A stretch of DNA of 63,907 nucleotides, the filler included, from Collodictyon triciliatum (lineage: Eukaryota): the NCBI GenBank assembly GCA_043381765.1. It is 13 parts of 13 records of this genome, joined end to end, with 100 filler letters (N's around TTAATTAATTAA, not from the genome) between each part and the next. Parts side by side here need not be neighbours in the genome. Positions count along the whole stretch, not along the records: positions 35,394 to 40,344 come from JBHJMP010005609.1; positions 40,445 to 45,399 come from JBHJMP010005610.1; positions 45,500 to 50,450 come from JBHJMP010005611.1; positions 50,551 to 55,500 come from JBHJMP010005612.1; 9 more parts are not named here. One strand, given 5' to 3'. Made by a program: the position numbers and the translations under genes. Shown here one piece after another: positions 38,666 through 50,786 of this stretch; the first letter of the stretch is position 1; each line of letters starts with the position of its first letter. The notes beneath the pieces are model-generated. The model ran no database searches, was not told the DNA's origin, and saw only the letters and a program-made list of their open reading frames with translations.

Positions 38666-40229
38666 CGGGCAATCCTCCATAATCCTCACCGACTCGCTTC
38701 TCTACCACAATAAAGTTGTTAACATTTCCTATATTGTCTGTGACCGTGGGTTGGTCACTCGCATAGGACCATCTACGGTTGGGTATCAAATTGAAAAAGA
38801 GAGAATGAGACGAAAAAGAGAAAGAGTGAGACTCTTTTGGTAAATTTATAAATATTCAAACCCTTTTCAATCCATGTATATGTATTAGCTTATGCGGGAG
38901 AAAATGAAGGGATACCGTTCATCGACGATAAATTTATATTGATGCGTTCCGGTTGGCAGATTCAGGATAGTGGTGAAGTCGTGCCCGCTCCGAACGAGAG
39001 GAATGCGCTCTGACCAATTATTGAACGTACCGGTGATGTAAACCTGATCAAAAAAAAAAAAAAAGGAAAAAGAAAACGATGACATGGGTACTCCAATTAT
39101 TGAGTTGGAATGAAATATCAGAATGCTAAAACTTGTCAGTACCTATAAAGAAAACTTGCATGTGTGATGAAAATTGAAAACTATAACAAATAACTGCAAT
39201 ATATAATTAGATTAAGAAACAGCTGAAACCTGTTTGCCTCCTCCTTGATTCCATGTAAATACTGTTGGAACATACTCTGCAATAAAAAGAGAGTGTGTGT
39301 AAGAGATGAAGTCTGCCAGACGATTTTTTCTTTTTTTTCTTTCAGTTGACGATAAATATGCATATGTCATTCAACATGTATGGCGACACGGGAATTAGGT
39401 CAATAATAATTCTAACCATCAGGCTTCGGCTTCGGCGGTGCCTCTACTTCAGGTCGCCCTGTTTGATGATTTAATTAATTATGCATTTCTTTAAAAGGAA
39501 AATATGGCATAAACTAAGTGGGGAAAAAAAAAACTGGCACAAGAAGTACGACAAGATGGCACCATTGACTACAAGAGAAATCCAAAACCAATGAGCCACA
39601 ATCAAATATTTTCGTAGAGAAAACATGGATTACTTGCCACCACCGGAGCGCTCGGGGCCGGGCGCTGCGCAGTCGAGGGAGATTGATAATAGGTGGAATA
39701 AGCCGCGTTTGTGACCGTGGGCTGAGAACTGGAAGCGCCACGAGGAGAGCCGCCTGCGCTGAGAGTTGCATCGAGGTCGTATGTTCTTTCGTGTGTCCAG
39801 ACGTCTGTCCAAAGCAGTTATTCGGTTACTCAGCGATCCGTTTGAAACATACTGTTCGAAGCGAACACAGCAAAGAGAGGAAGGAGAGGAAAAGGGCAAG
39901 TGTAAAAAAAAAAAAAAATATGAAGCAGGGGATAAAAGAGGGTCTTCCTCTTCCATGTATCCTGGGAGCGTAAAGGGCCTCTTCTTCTTTTTCTCGACTA
40001 ATTTTTTTTTCTGATCGTTTCCTTTGTAGTTGTCTTCTCGTATTACAGCGAGAATAGAAAATGAAAGATACATATTGAAAGAAAAGAAAGCAGAGTGGCA
40101 TGAAAGAGGAAGACTACCCTGACTCGAGCGGGGATTGTATGAGCCGGGCGCCCAAGCAAAGCCTGGATCGTCACTGAAATCATCGACCGTACCGTTTTCT
40201 GGCCCGGATTTGGAGCCGCCTGTTCCCAT
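38666..40229 (-). CDS. AMPK/SNF1 beta subunit, N-terminal part with CBM48
   Basis: MGTGGSK myristoylation motif; VPTVFTWNQGGKQ|VYITGTFNNWSERIPLVRSGHDFTTILNLPTGTHQYKFIVDER|WSYASDQPTVTDNIGNVNN; C-terminal ASC domain not seen. Confidence 0.88.
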
Positions 40230-41163
40230 CTTTTCGGGCGCGCTTCTTTTCTTTTTTTTTTTTTTTTTTTTTTTTTTTTCTTTTTTTTTTTTGTTCTTGT
40301 TTTTTTTTTTTTGGGGGGGTTTTTGGAAAAAAAAAAAAAAAAAANNNNNNNNNNNNNNNNNNNNNNNNNNNNNNNNNNNNNNNNNNNNTTAATTAATTAA
40401 NNNNNNNNNNNNNNNNNNNNNNNNNNNNNNNNNNNNNNNNNNNNGTCTTTTTTTATTGTCTTTTTTTATTGTCTTTTTTTATTGTCTTTTTTTATTGTCT
40501 TTTTTTATTGTCTTTTTTTATTGTCTTTTTTTATTGTCTTTTTTTATTGTCTTTTTATTGTCTTTTTATTGTCTTTTTTTATTGTCTTTTTGTTGTGTTT
40601 CCAGTGTGCGCTTGAAAGCAACAGGCGATCTGAAAAGAACGACATTGTTTGGATAAATCTGCATCGTTCCAAATAGGTAGGATTCCAAAAAGAAAAACCA
40701 GCGAAGCTTCTAGATTGATTATTTGTGGAAAATATAATATACTAAACTAAAATCCTAAGGAAGGAGCTAAATTTTAATTTTAATATAAACATAATCAATA
40801 TATATAACTATACATAAAAATCTAAACTATAACCAGCTGGCCACACAGATCTCTCTGTGTCTGTTCCTTAAGCAAAGTAAGAACAACACCAGAGTCCGCA
40901 CGATCCATCCCATATTTCTTTGGCAGTCATACGAGCGATCGAAAGGCCGAAGCCAAACAAGGTCACAAATCACAACACCCCGCAGATCGAAATCCCACGC
41001 CTTTTCCTGCAACTCTGTTTTTCTACCATTTCCCTTTGTATGCATTCATAGCGCTTCAACTCCATTCCTTTCTGATTGCGTCCCGAATCCGCGACGCAGG
41101 CAAACACACACCCACAGAAGAAACCAAACCGCAGCAAAGACACATCGCCAAAACCCGAGTCGA

Positions 41164-41618
41164 ATGGGACCGCAGGAATTTCCTCGCATCACCGGAATGC
41201 TGCGCACTTTTAGTCGAGAGGACGGAACGCGCTTTGACGTGGCCCAGGAGACCAGAAATCTTTTCCAGTTACTCGAAAAGAAGAGAAGACTTAAGTTTGG
41301 CTCCATACATATTTGTATATTCTACAATAAGCCATTTTACATACGAGGAAGTTTTGACTAAAATACTGATAAAACCTGCCAACACACGGATAAAGTATCT
41401 GAAAGCTTTTTGAATCGAATGAATGAAAAAAATCTTGAAGAGACTCGTATACCAACATTTTTCATTATTATAACAGGGAAACGCAGTCTAATGTCGAAGA
41501 AGAAACATGGAAAACCTTCTCCGAAAAGTTTCCTGCATTCCCGAGAAGTATTCAGAATTGCTTACATAAATGAACCTTATAAACCCTAATAGTAATGATG
41601 ATGATGATGATGATGATG

Positions 41619-41713
<95 letters not shown>

Positions 41714-44700
41714 GAAGCCCCCTTTCATTATCATTTTCTTCATTATATGGAAGATACAAGTTGGCTGTTTTTTTGTTTTGCTTTTTGTCGTGCTATTTTA
41801 TAAACGTATACTGACAAATCCTCGTTGCATACCATTATATTCTGGGCGTGTAAAAACAATGCCCGGCTTTCTCTCCTCTGAGACATCAATTAAGTGCCAT
41901 CGTTGGTGATGATAATTCTATTGTTTATTTATTTCAGATTCTGAGTCATACGATAGCGTCACTCGGCTGCAAAAGAATTTTCACGAGTTTGAAAAAAGTA
42001 TCGGAGAGCTATTTGAACTGAGCCATCGACAAGCCGGGAAATATGTCCGATATATTTTCAGTTTAGTTGAGGTACATATGTATTATTTCTTTCTTTCTTT
42101 AGTTTCTTTAATTTTTCGTCCTAATGGTATTTATGTTGGTCATGAAAGGAGCAACATTAAACCTATAAATTTTACCTTCTACGATGAAATAATGCACCAA
42201 ATATAGGGGGAAACTATGTCAGAAGAAAAAATGATAAATCAAATCACACTCACTTTTGGAAAGAAACCCGAGCAGCAATGTCGAAGAATTCTCAGAGTTG
42301 CATCAGACTTACTCGATGAGAAGAAAGGCACCAGTTTTATTATGTTGATTAAATATATATATATATTCCTCGTTTCCATATGCAGCATAAATTTATTATA
42401 CTGATACCCTTGTTTATACTAAACAACACAAAATCAGATCTATTATTGAGGTCTGGAATCAAGGTAGTCTGATTTTATCCTACTTGTATGTTTTATAACG
42501 TAAAATCAGGGGAGCTCTTCTCATAGTAACTATATGGATGCAAATCCGTTTGATTCGTCTAGGAAACGAAAGAGAAAGAAGTACCAAAGATATTTGGTTC
42601 TGAACTGGAGTATAATGACCCATTTTCTCAGTCTTCCACCCTAAAACCAGCAACTGACGTATATTTCCTTCAAATATTCTCATATAAAAGCAAAAAAATA
42701 AAATAATTATTGAAGCATAAATATTATAATTGGTGGCAATCCACATTTAGTTTCGACACAATACTGAAAAGGCTCATGCAAATGATTTTTTTAACAGCCT
42801 CTCAAAGTTTCTCGTGTCACTGACCAATTATCCTTGATGGATATCGAACTTCCCGTGCCAAAATCCTCATCCAACCCCAAATCTCAACAAGCTCCTCCCA
42901 CAAAATTCGATTTATTTTGGATGTATTACGAATCTATTGCCGCCATATCCGCAGGCAGCACCAACATATCCCCTGCTGAAATGGTTGTGATGATTTATGA
43001 CCTTCTACAATCAGGAAAGGGTGGTATGTAACACTCGTATGATGAGCTATTTAATGTTATAAATATGATACCGTTTTCATGTCACTTTCTATCGAAGTAA
43101 AATTTTATAACAAAAAACATGATTGGGCCTTCCATACTATAGCCGAAGTTATACAAGAAGACTTGTTCAATCTAATCGGTTTTGAATCCATGGACTTTAT
43201 TGAAAAATGCCTTTCTAATCGTGCTCAAGTCACGAAAACGATTGATGGCCAGTTAAATAAGGTTTGCTTTGCGCAGTGTTCAGTTAACTCTTTTTTTATA
43301 TTTACTGAATTTGGTCAAAGATGGTTGTATTGCTGGGAACTCAATGGGTTATGCCCACCCACAGGCCCGCCAACGCTTCCAAAAGGTGGAAAAAGACGAG
43401 AAACCAGCTCGCCCGTCTTTGGGCCCGTCCGTGGTTATAAAGGTTGAAAGCAAAGGACAAGAGTTGAAAAAGAAGGATTCCAAAGGTCAGGGAAAACAAG
43501 GTAGCTATTTAAAGTCAGTCATATTGTGTCGTTTTAGAATCACAGAAAATCACCTTTTTTTTTCTTTTTCCTTTCGATTACATATAACCCGATTACACTT
43601 CGAAGTATTCACTCGCTTCTCCGGACCGATACTTTAAGATAACTCCCAGCTGGCTGAATTAATTGATAAAATCATTTCCGCTGGGCCAGAAGTTTTCTTG
43701 CAAGCAACCCAAAAAGTAATCAATGTTTCCCTTCGGTTTCAACTTCAATCGATGTGGCACCTTTTTAACTGAAAATCATTTATCTCTTTCTTTTTTTGTA
43801 TTTACTCACATCATGTTTATTATTATTTGCATAATTTGTATTATTATCAAAATTCCCGATAACGTACATGAACATTTTATCAAACAATTTATGGATAATC
43901 GTTCATCTGCGGTTTAGCCTGTGCTAATGCCTGAAGGTGATTATCTATTACTTTAAATATCCGAGTTCGATCAATTTTTCCTTTATGTATTATTCATTTA
44001 CAAACACGTACTTTTTTTTAAAAAAAAAAATTATGAAATCCACCCAACGCTTTTTATCTCATTAAGTTCGTGATTCATGCATCTTTTCTTTTAGATAAAC
44101 ACTATGCTTATTTATTGCTGTTATATTATTGCTTCAGGTCCAAAATCGTCGACAGCAGTTGGGGACTTAAGAAACCTCGTTTTACCTCATGGCACAGAAA
44201 GAAAGGATTACAAGGTGAAGAATCTATTTAGAAAATGTAAATACTTTCCATTCAGATGTATATTAATTTTTTAAGCGAATAATTAAAATGGGTAACTTTC
44301 CCGAAAAAATATTGATAATTTTCTTGACCTTAGACACACGAGGAGGTCAGAATCCCTCCATACAAATCAAGTAAACCGCCGGACGAAAATTTGGTTGTTG
44401 TTTCCCAGCTCGATGATATTCTCCAACTTGGATTCAAGGTTTCTTTATTCTAGTCTACACATGACTTGCCCACAGCTTCATCCTAACATTTAAATTCTTA
44501 ATTTAAAGTGTGATACCATGATAATGATAGCAAAATAATATTAATAATGATTGATGCTTACACTATGATGGTATATACAATATTCTACATTTTAAAATAT
44601 GTATGCGAAAATTCAGATAAAACATATTTTTAATCATCCAAAACTGTCCACAAAATTTAGGGATATACCCACTTGAATCGTATTCAATCACGTCTTTTCA

Positions 44701-45300
44701 AGGCGGCATATTATTCTAATGAAAATCTCCTGATTTGCGCGCCTACAGGTCGAATATTGAACATTTTATAATCAAAGACATTAAAAGACAACATAATAGT
44801 GCGCTCATAAATGTGGTGATTAGGCGCCGGAAAAACAAATATCGCTATGTTAACAATCCTTCGCGAAGTCCGCACTCACATGGCAGATGGTAGTATGCGA
44901 AGAGGAGGTTATTTATCTATTTATCTATGAACAATTTTTTTATGGTTATATTTTTCACTTTGTGGAGGACATCTGCGGTATAATTACAACATTTCAATCA
45001 CGCAGATCACTTTAAAATCGTGTACATTGCTCCAATGAAGGCATTGGCTGCGGAAATGGTTCGTAATTTCGGCGGCCGACTCAGTTGCATGGGGCTTATT
45101 GTTAAGGTTAGTATGCTTTTCAGCGTTTGTGCCCGCTACTTGACAAAACAAATAATGGAATAAAACGCTTTTGTTAATTCCATAAAGAGACAATTGAAGG
45201 ATTACCACGGGATTTCAAAAAAAAAAAATCACACTAGGAACTGACTGGAGACATGCAGCTCACAAGGAAGGAATTATCAGAGACACACATGATTGTCACG
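41164..45300 (+). CDS. ASCC3: Ski2-like helicase ASCC3/Slh1, 5' portion (many exons)
   Basis: [17 protein letters not shown] resembles the ASCC3 N-terminus; [63 protein letters not shown]. Confidence 0.93.
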
Positions 45301-45499
45301 GTCTGATAGATACACAGAGATTGACGGACTTTTTTTTTTTTTTTTTTTGTATTTCATTTTTTTTAATGAAATTGAATTTTTTTTTTTTTTTTTTTTTATN
45401 NNNNNNNNNNNNNNNNNNNNNNNNNNNNNNNNNNNNNNNNNNNTTAATTAATTAANNNNNNNNNNNNNNNNNNNNNNNNNNNNNNNNNNNNNNNNNNNN

Positions 45500-46120
45500 G
45501 TGTGATGAGAGTATGATGAGAGTGTGATGAGAGTGTGATGAGAGTGTGATGAGAGTGTGATGAGAGTGTGATGAGAGTGTGATGAGAGTGTGATGAGAGT
45601 GTGATGAGGGTGTGATGAGAGTGTGATGAGAGTGTGATGAGAGTGTGATGAGAGTGTGATGAGAGTGTGATGAGAGTGTGATGAGAGTGTGATGAGAGTG
45701 TGATGAGAGTGTGATGAGGGTGTGATGAGAGTGTGATGGGAGTGTGATGAGTGTGTGATGAGTGTGTGATGAGTGTGATGAGGGTGTGATGAAAGTGTGA
45801 TGAGTGTGATGAGAGTGTGATGAAAGTGTGATGAAAGTGTGATGAGTGTGATGAGGGTGTGATGAGAGTGTGATGGGAGTGTGATGGGAGTGTGATGGGA
45901 GTGTGATGAGTGTGTGATGAGTGTGTGATGAGTGTGATGAGGGTGTGATGAAAGTGTGATGAGTGTGATGAAAGTGTGATGAAAGTGTGATGAAAGTGTG
46001 ATGAAAGTGTGATGAGTGTGATGAGTGTGATGAGAGTGTGATGGGAGTGTGATGGGAGTGTGATGGGAGTGTGATGGGAGTGTGATGAGTGTGTGATGAG
46101 GGTGATGAGGGTGTGATGAG
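45500..46120 (+). repeat. 11-bp-based minisatellite (GAGAGTGTGAT)n with variants, in a ubiquilin intron
   Basis: Read directly; begins just after a minus-strand GT donor near 46134. Confidence 0.95.
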
Positions 46121-46134
46121 AGCGATATGCATAC

Positions 46135-49063
46135 CGGGTGCTGTTGGCTGTGCTGTTGTCGATGGATTCGCTCCGTATAAGCCAGCAAACAAGTCGCTAT
46201 TGTCGAGATGGTAATTAATAATGAAAAAAAAAATTTTTTTTTTACTGGTTTCGAGAGAATTTGTTGGGTATCATTACATAAGATTGAAGCAAAGTCGTTG
46301 ATTAAGGTTGATATTTACGTTGGGGTTGTGCCCGTCGGAGCTCCTGTTCCTCCCCTCATGTTTCGGCGGAGTTCGGCAGCAGACCTCATGACGTCTGGAT
46401 TGAACATGATTCGTATCATGTCTGGGTTCTGTGTTCCGTACATAGAAAGAAAAAAGAAGTAGAAAAAAGCGCAGATTTATTTGTTAAGGTTGAGTAGCAG
46501 AGGATTGTCAAAGCTTCATCTGTAAAATAGTAGTAGTAATCACATTCATGAGCTCTCTGTGCATGGGATTCGATTCCATCATCTGCCGCAAGAATGGGTT
46601 GCTGTTGACCATCTTTCATGTGTTAGAAAGGTGCAAGTCAGTGGGGGACAAGCAACAGGAATTCAGACGGCTGTTCGCTTCAATGCGCGGCTATTACTTT
46701 TCGTTTCTTTTGCTTATGGTTTCTATATTACTATGTTGACGGCGTTGCAATATGTAGAAGAAAAATAAAACAGAAAGAGAAGGGCATACTTGTTGGAACA
46801 TCTCTGGGTTTTGGGAGATTTGGGTCATCATTTGCTGGGCGTAGGGATTGTCCATTATCTGAATAATGGAGTCTGCGTCGGACTGGCCAGGCATGGGATT
46901 CCCACCAAAAGCGGCGAATGGATTGACACTAGGATTCGTTCCTGTTGGTGGCTGAGTTGCTTGAGCGTCGGACGTTGGTGCTGCAGTTGGCATTGCAGTC
47001 GGAAACATAAATGGGTTTGCTCCGAAGCCAGTGGGCCTCTGTGTTTGTGCTTGGGCAGGTCGTGAGGGTGCCGCTATTGTTTCCGTGTACGGGGATTGAA
47101 ACAGTTAAATTAGTATCGATACGAATATAGATGAAAGAAGTCCGTGCTACTGACTAATTGTGGCAATTGGCTACTCCAGGATGGAATGATTATATGATAT
47201 CATTTTGTCTGGGAGTTAAAAAAAAACTACAGGGAGCCCATGGATTTGGCAGTGCGGTTGTTGCGGGCTCTGCAGGTGTTTCTGTCGCTGGGTTTGTAAA
47301 GAGGCCGTCAAAAACGTTTCCGGGTTGCTGTGTTGGTTGGCTGGCTGCTTGTCGCTGCATGGGTTCCTTTTGACATAGTGAGGATATCATTCTCAGTAAA
47401 GATGGGTCACAGTTTGAATAAATGAAACTCATCTCTGGGCGAAGATAATGCTCAGGGTTCACCGAGACTCAAGCATGTGAAGCAGATGGAATGGACATTC
47501 AATTTCAAGTACCGAGGCGATGAAAAAAAATTAGAAAAAGAACTCACTTGGATATTCTGATACATGCGGCGAAGATGATTGAATCCTTCGGGGTGTGCCT
47601 CAATGTTACTCATGGCTCGATCAGTATTGCGCACCATCTCCTGCATCAAGTTGGGATTTCGCATCATGTCCGAAACCTGTCTCAGGGTGGCCGGGTCGTT
47701 CAGCATGTGTCCTATCTCAGGATTAGCTTCCACCATCGCCCTGTAAGAATGATAAATTTTACAACATGGGATGCAGTTGATTTTCTTACATGCCAATATA
47801 TTACTAGGTATTAGTTTCGAGTGAAATATATTCGAGAATGGGTTCTATTTGGCAGCAAGCAAGAAATTAATCGGACCTCATCTCGGGGTTACTCATTAGA
47901 ATATTTCTCATCATTTCAGGGTTCGACATAATCGAGCGAACCATCGGGTTGTCCATGGCTTGGCGCATCATTTCTGGATTTCTCATCATCTAAGAGATTT
48001 GATTCATTAAGTATTGTGAAGTAAGAAATCATTTCATAAGTAAAGGCTTAATATTTTCCTTTCGGGAAGGACAATAGGGGGAATAATCAACCAACTTGTT
48101 GATGCATCTGGGCAAACCGAGAGTCTTTATATTAGTTTGTATTGAATATATTAAATTGTTAGTTGAGCTGTCTTCTAGTGCAAGCTTAATTAAGCATCTA
48201 CCCAAAGGGCAAGGAACTATGTGTCGAATGCATTCACGTGCTTCCGAATTCAGATTATATATCATACAAACTACCTCCAAGTCCAAACGGGGATTGTGGC
48301 TGTGCTGTAGGTTGCGCCGCGGGCTGTGTTGCGGAAGCTGGTGCGGCTGTTGGTGTCGAAGATGCGGTCCCTGTAGTTTCGAGCGAGATGAATTGTTATG
48401 GGTTAATAAGATTTTCACCAAAAGAAAAAATCCAACAAAGTAGCTACAGACTACTACAACTAGCTATGACATTAACAAAATACGCTTTTGAATGGTATTA
48501 ATTCCCTTTATTAACCTGGACAGGAAGTCGCGGGCCTTGCAGCGGGGGCGGGGGCAGGAGCTTTGACCAAGTGTACAGTGTATCCGTCCTTGACTCCTAT
48601 GGAGTTAATTAAACCGTTTAGGGGCTATCCAGGCGTTTCAATTAAACAAGCTGATTTTATCCAAGGTAAAATACTAAGGTTTTCATGTACTGTTGAAAAT
48701 GAACAGATACCGGATACAAACAAACGTAAAAATCGCTGGCCAAAAGAACGAAGGCCAACGAAAATAATATCAAAATAACAATCAAAAGAAAGAGTGAACA
48801 AGATGTGTATGCAGATGGAGATTAAGAAGCGTAGTGACCAACATACCATAACTTTCCAGAGTGCGATCGTCCTTTAGAATTGAGCCAGCATAAATAAGTT
48901 TCTGTTGGGCTACTGCAACGCCCGATTCCACTTGCACTTTTTCTTTAAGCTGGAGCACTGACTCTGTCAGGGCTGTTCGAACCGTATATTTTGCCCCGGC
49001 AGCAGTTTTGATCGTTAGTGATGCGATCAGTGCTTCGGAGTCTCCGTAAATATCATCTGCCAT
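46135..49063 (-). CDS. UBQLN: Ubiquilin/Dsk2 (UBL plus STI1 repeats; UBA off contig)
   Basis: [93 protein letters not shown]. Confidence 0.96.
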
Positions 49064-49207
49064 AGCCTTAGGTATGTGCTGTGTCTGTGGAAGAAGGCTG
49101 CAGACAATACGCTGTAGCCTTGGGTGATAACTACAGCCGATTTATTCGGACAATGATTGTTTTGATCCTTTTCTGTGGAGACAACTGGGGTCATGCGTTA
49201 GTAAGCA

Positions 49208-49590
49208 GAAAAGAAAAGAAAAGAAAAGAAAAGAAAAGAAAAGAAAAGAAAAGAAAAGAAAAGAGAAGAGAGAAGAGAGAAGAGAGAAGAATAGAAAAGA
49301 AAAGAAAGGAGAAGAAAAGAAAAGAAAAGAAAAGAAAAGAAAAGAAAAGAAAAGAAAAGAAAAGAAAAGAAAAGAAAAGAAAAGAAAGGAGAAGAAAAGA
49401 AAAGAAAAGGTAAGAAAAGAAAAGAAAAGAAAGGAGAGAAGAAAAAAAAAGAAAAGAGAGGAAAAGAGGAAAAGAAATGAAAAGAAAAGAAAAGAAAGGA
49501 GAGAAAAAGAAAGAAAAGAGAGGAAAAGAAAGAAAGGCAAAGAAAAGAAAACAGAAAACAGAAAGCAAAAGGAGAAAGGAAAGGAAAATA
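49208..49590 (+). repeat. (AAAAG)n purine tract upstream of ubiquilin
   Basis: Read directly. Confidence 0.93.
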
Positions 49591-50550
49591 GACCTTTAAT
49601 CAATCTGTTTTTTTGGAAAAGACAGTCCCTCACTCTTTTCTCTTTTTCTCTTTTTTTTTAGCGAAATATACAATATGTGATTCGTTCATCTGTTCTTGGG
49701 GGATCAAGGGGCACCACTAATGGCCGATCATTCTCTTTGTCTCATGAGCCGATCCGGGTGGGACGCGTGTGAATAAAACAGCAACTTTGTTGGCCCTTCT
49801 CCCTTTCTTCGGCTTCTTCGACCGGATGGCTTCCATCGATTGATCGATTATCTGTCCATTGTTGAATCAGGATCGGTTCCGTTCATTTCTTTTCCTTGCG
49901 AGAAATATTCAATTCTTACCTATATATGGAAATAGTCTTATTCAATGCGATTCCTGTCTATTGGAATATTATAGACATTAAATATCTACTTTAAGAAACA
50001 TATGCGTGGCATTTTTGGGACATGGTCTCAGAATATTCCGTGCATTTTTGGAAATAATATAAGATTCGGTAGAGGGTGGAAACTCATATTGCCTACATCT
50101 TTTCGCCGCACAACCCAGCAAAACAATTGTTTATTTTTTGTGTGTGAATGCCACCTGCTTCAAGTCCACGCCTGTCGGCCGCTCGCTGTGTGCACTGAAG
50201 CAGCAGAAGTATCTCTGGCTTGTTCTTTTATTGGCCCGACTCCAAGCTCCTCTCATTCTCATGAATCCTCAACCTATCGTATCTGTTTACTTTTTTATTC
50301 TTTTTATTCTTTTTTATTCTTTTTTATTCTTTTTTTATTCTTTTATTCTTTCTTATTCTTTTTTATTCTTTTTTATTCTTTTTTATTCTTTTTTATTCTT
50401 TTTTATTCTTTTTTATTCTTTTTTATTCTTTTTTATTCTTTTTTATTCTTNNNNNNNNNNNNNNNNNNNNNNNNNNNNNNNNNNNNNNNNNNNNTTAATT
50501 AATTAANNNNNNNNNNNNNNNNNNNNNNNNNNNNNNNNNNNNNNNNNNNN

Positions 50551-50786
50551 TGATTTTGATGCTTTCTGGGAAAGCGCCCTTCTCTTTTAACCATCCAAAT
50601 ACTAATGCATGGGACAGTTTGATGGACATTCTTGTTGGGCGATTAATGGACTTAACCTTCATGAAAGTTTCTATTCCATTTTGGAAGTCTTGGATTTCGG
50701 TCATTCCTCGGAGGTATTGTACTAGTAATACGTCATCAGAACGATTCATGCAGATACACCCGTACTTGAGGATGGATGTAATTTAA
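50551..50786 (+). pseudogene. Possible degenerate kinase C-lobe fragment
   Basis: MLSGKAPF...DILVGR...WKSWIS...SER...HPYL loosely resembles kinase subdomains IX-XI. Confidence 0.35.

Noticed and set aside
45448-46192. His/Thr/Ser-rich 246-aa ORFs and similar low-complexity ORFs (14807, 24816, 34569, 49081, N-spanning ORFs)
   Set aside because: Translations of simple repeats or gaps
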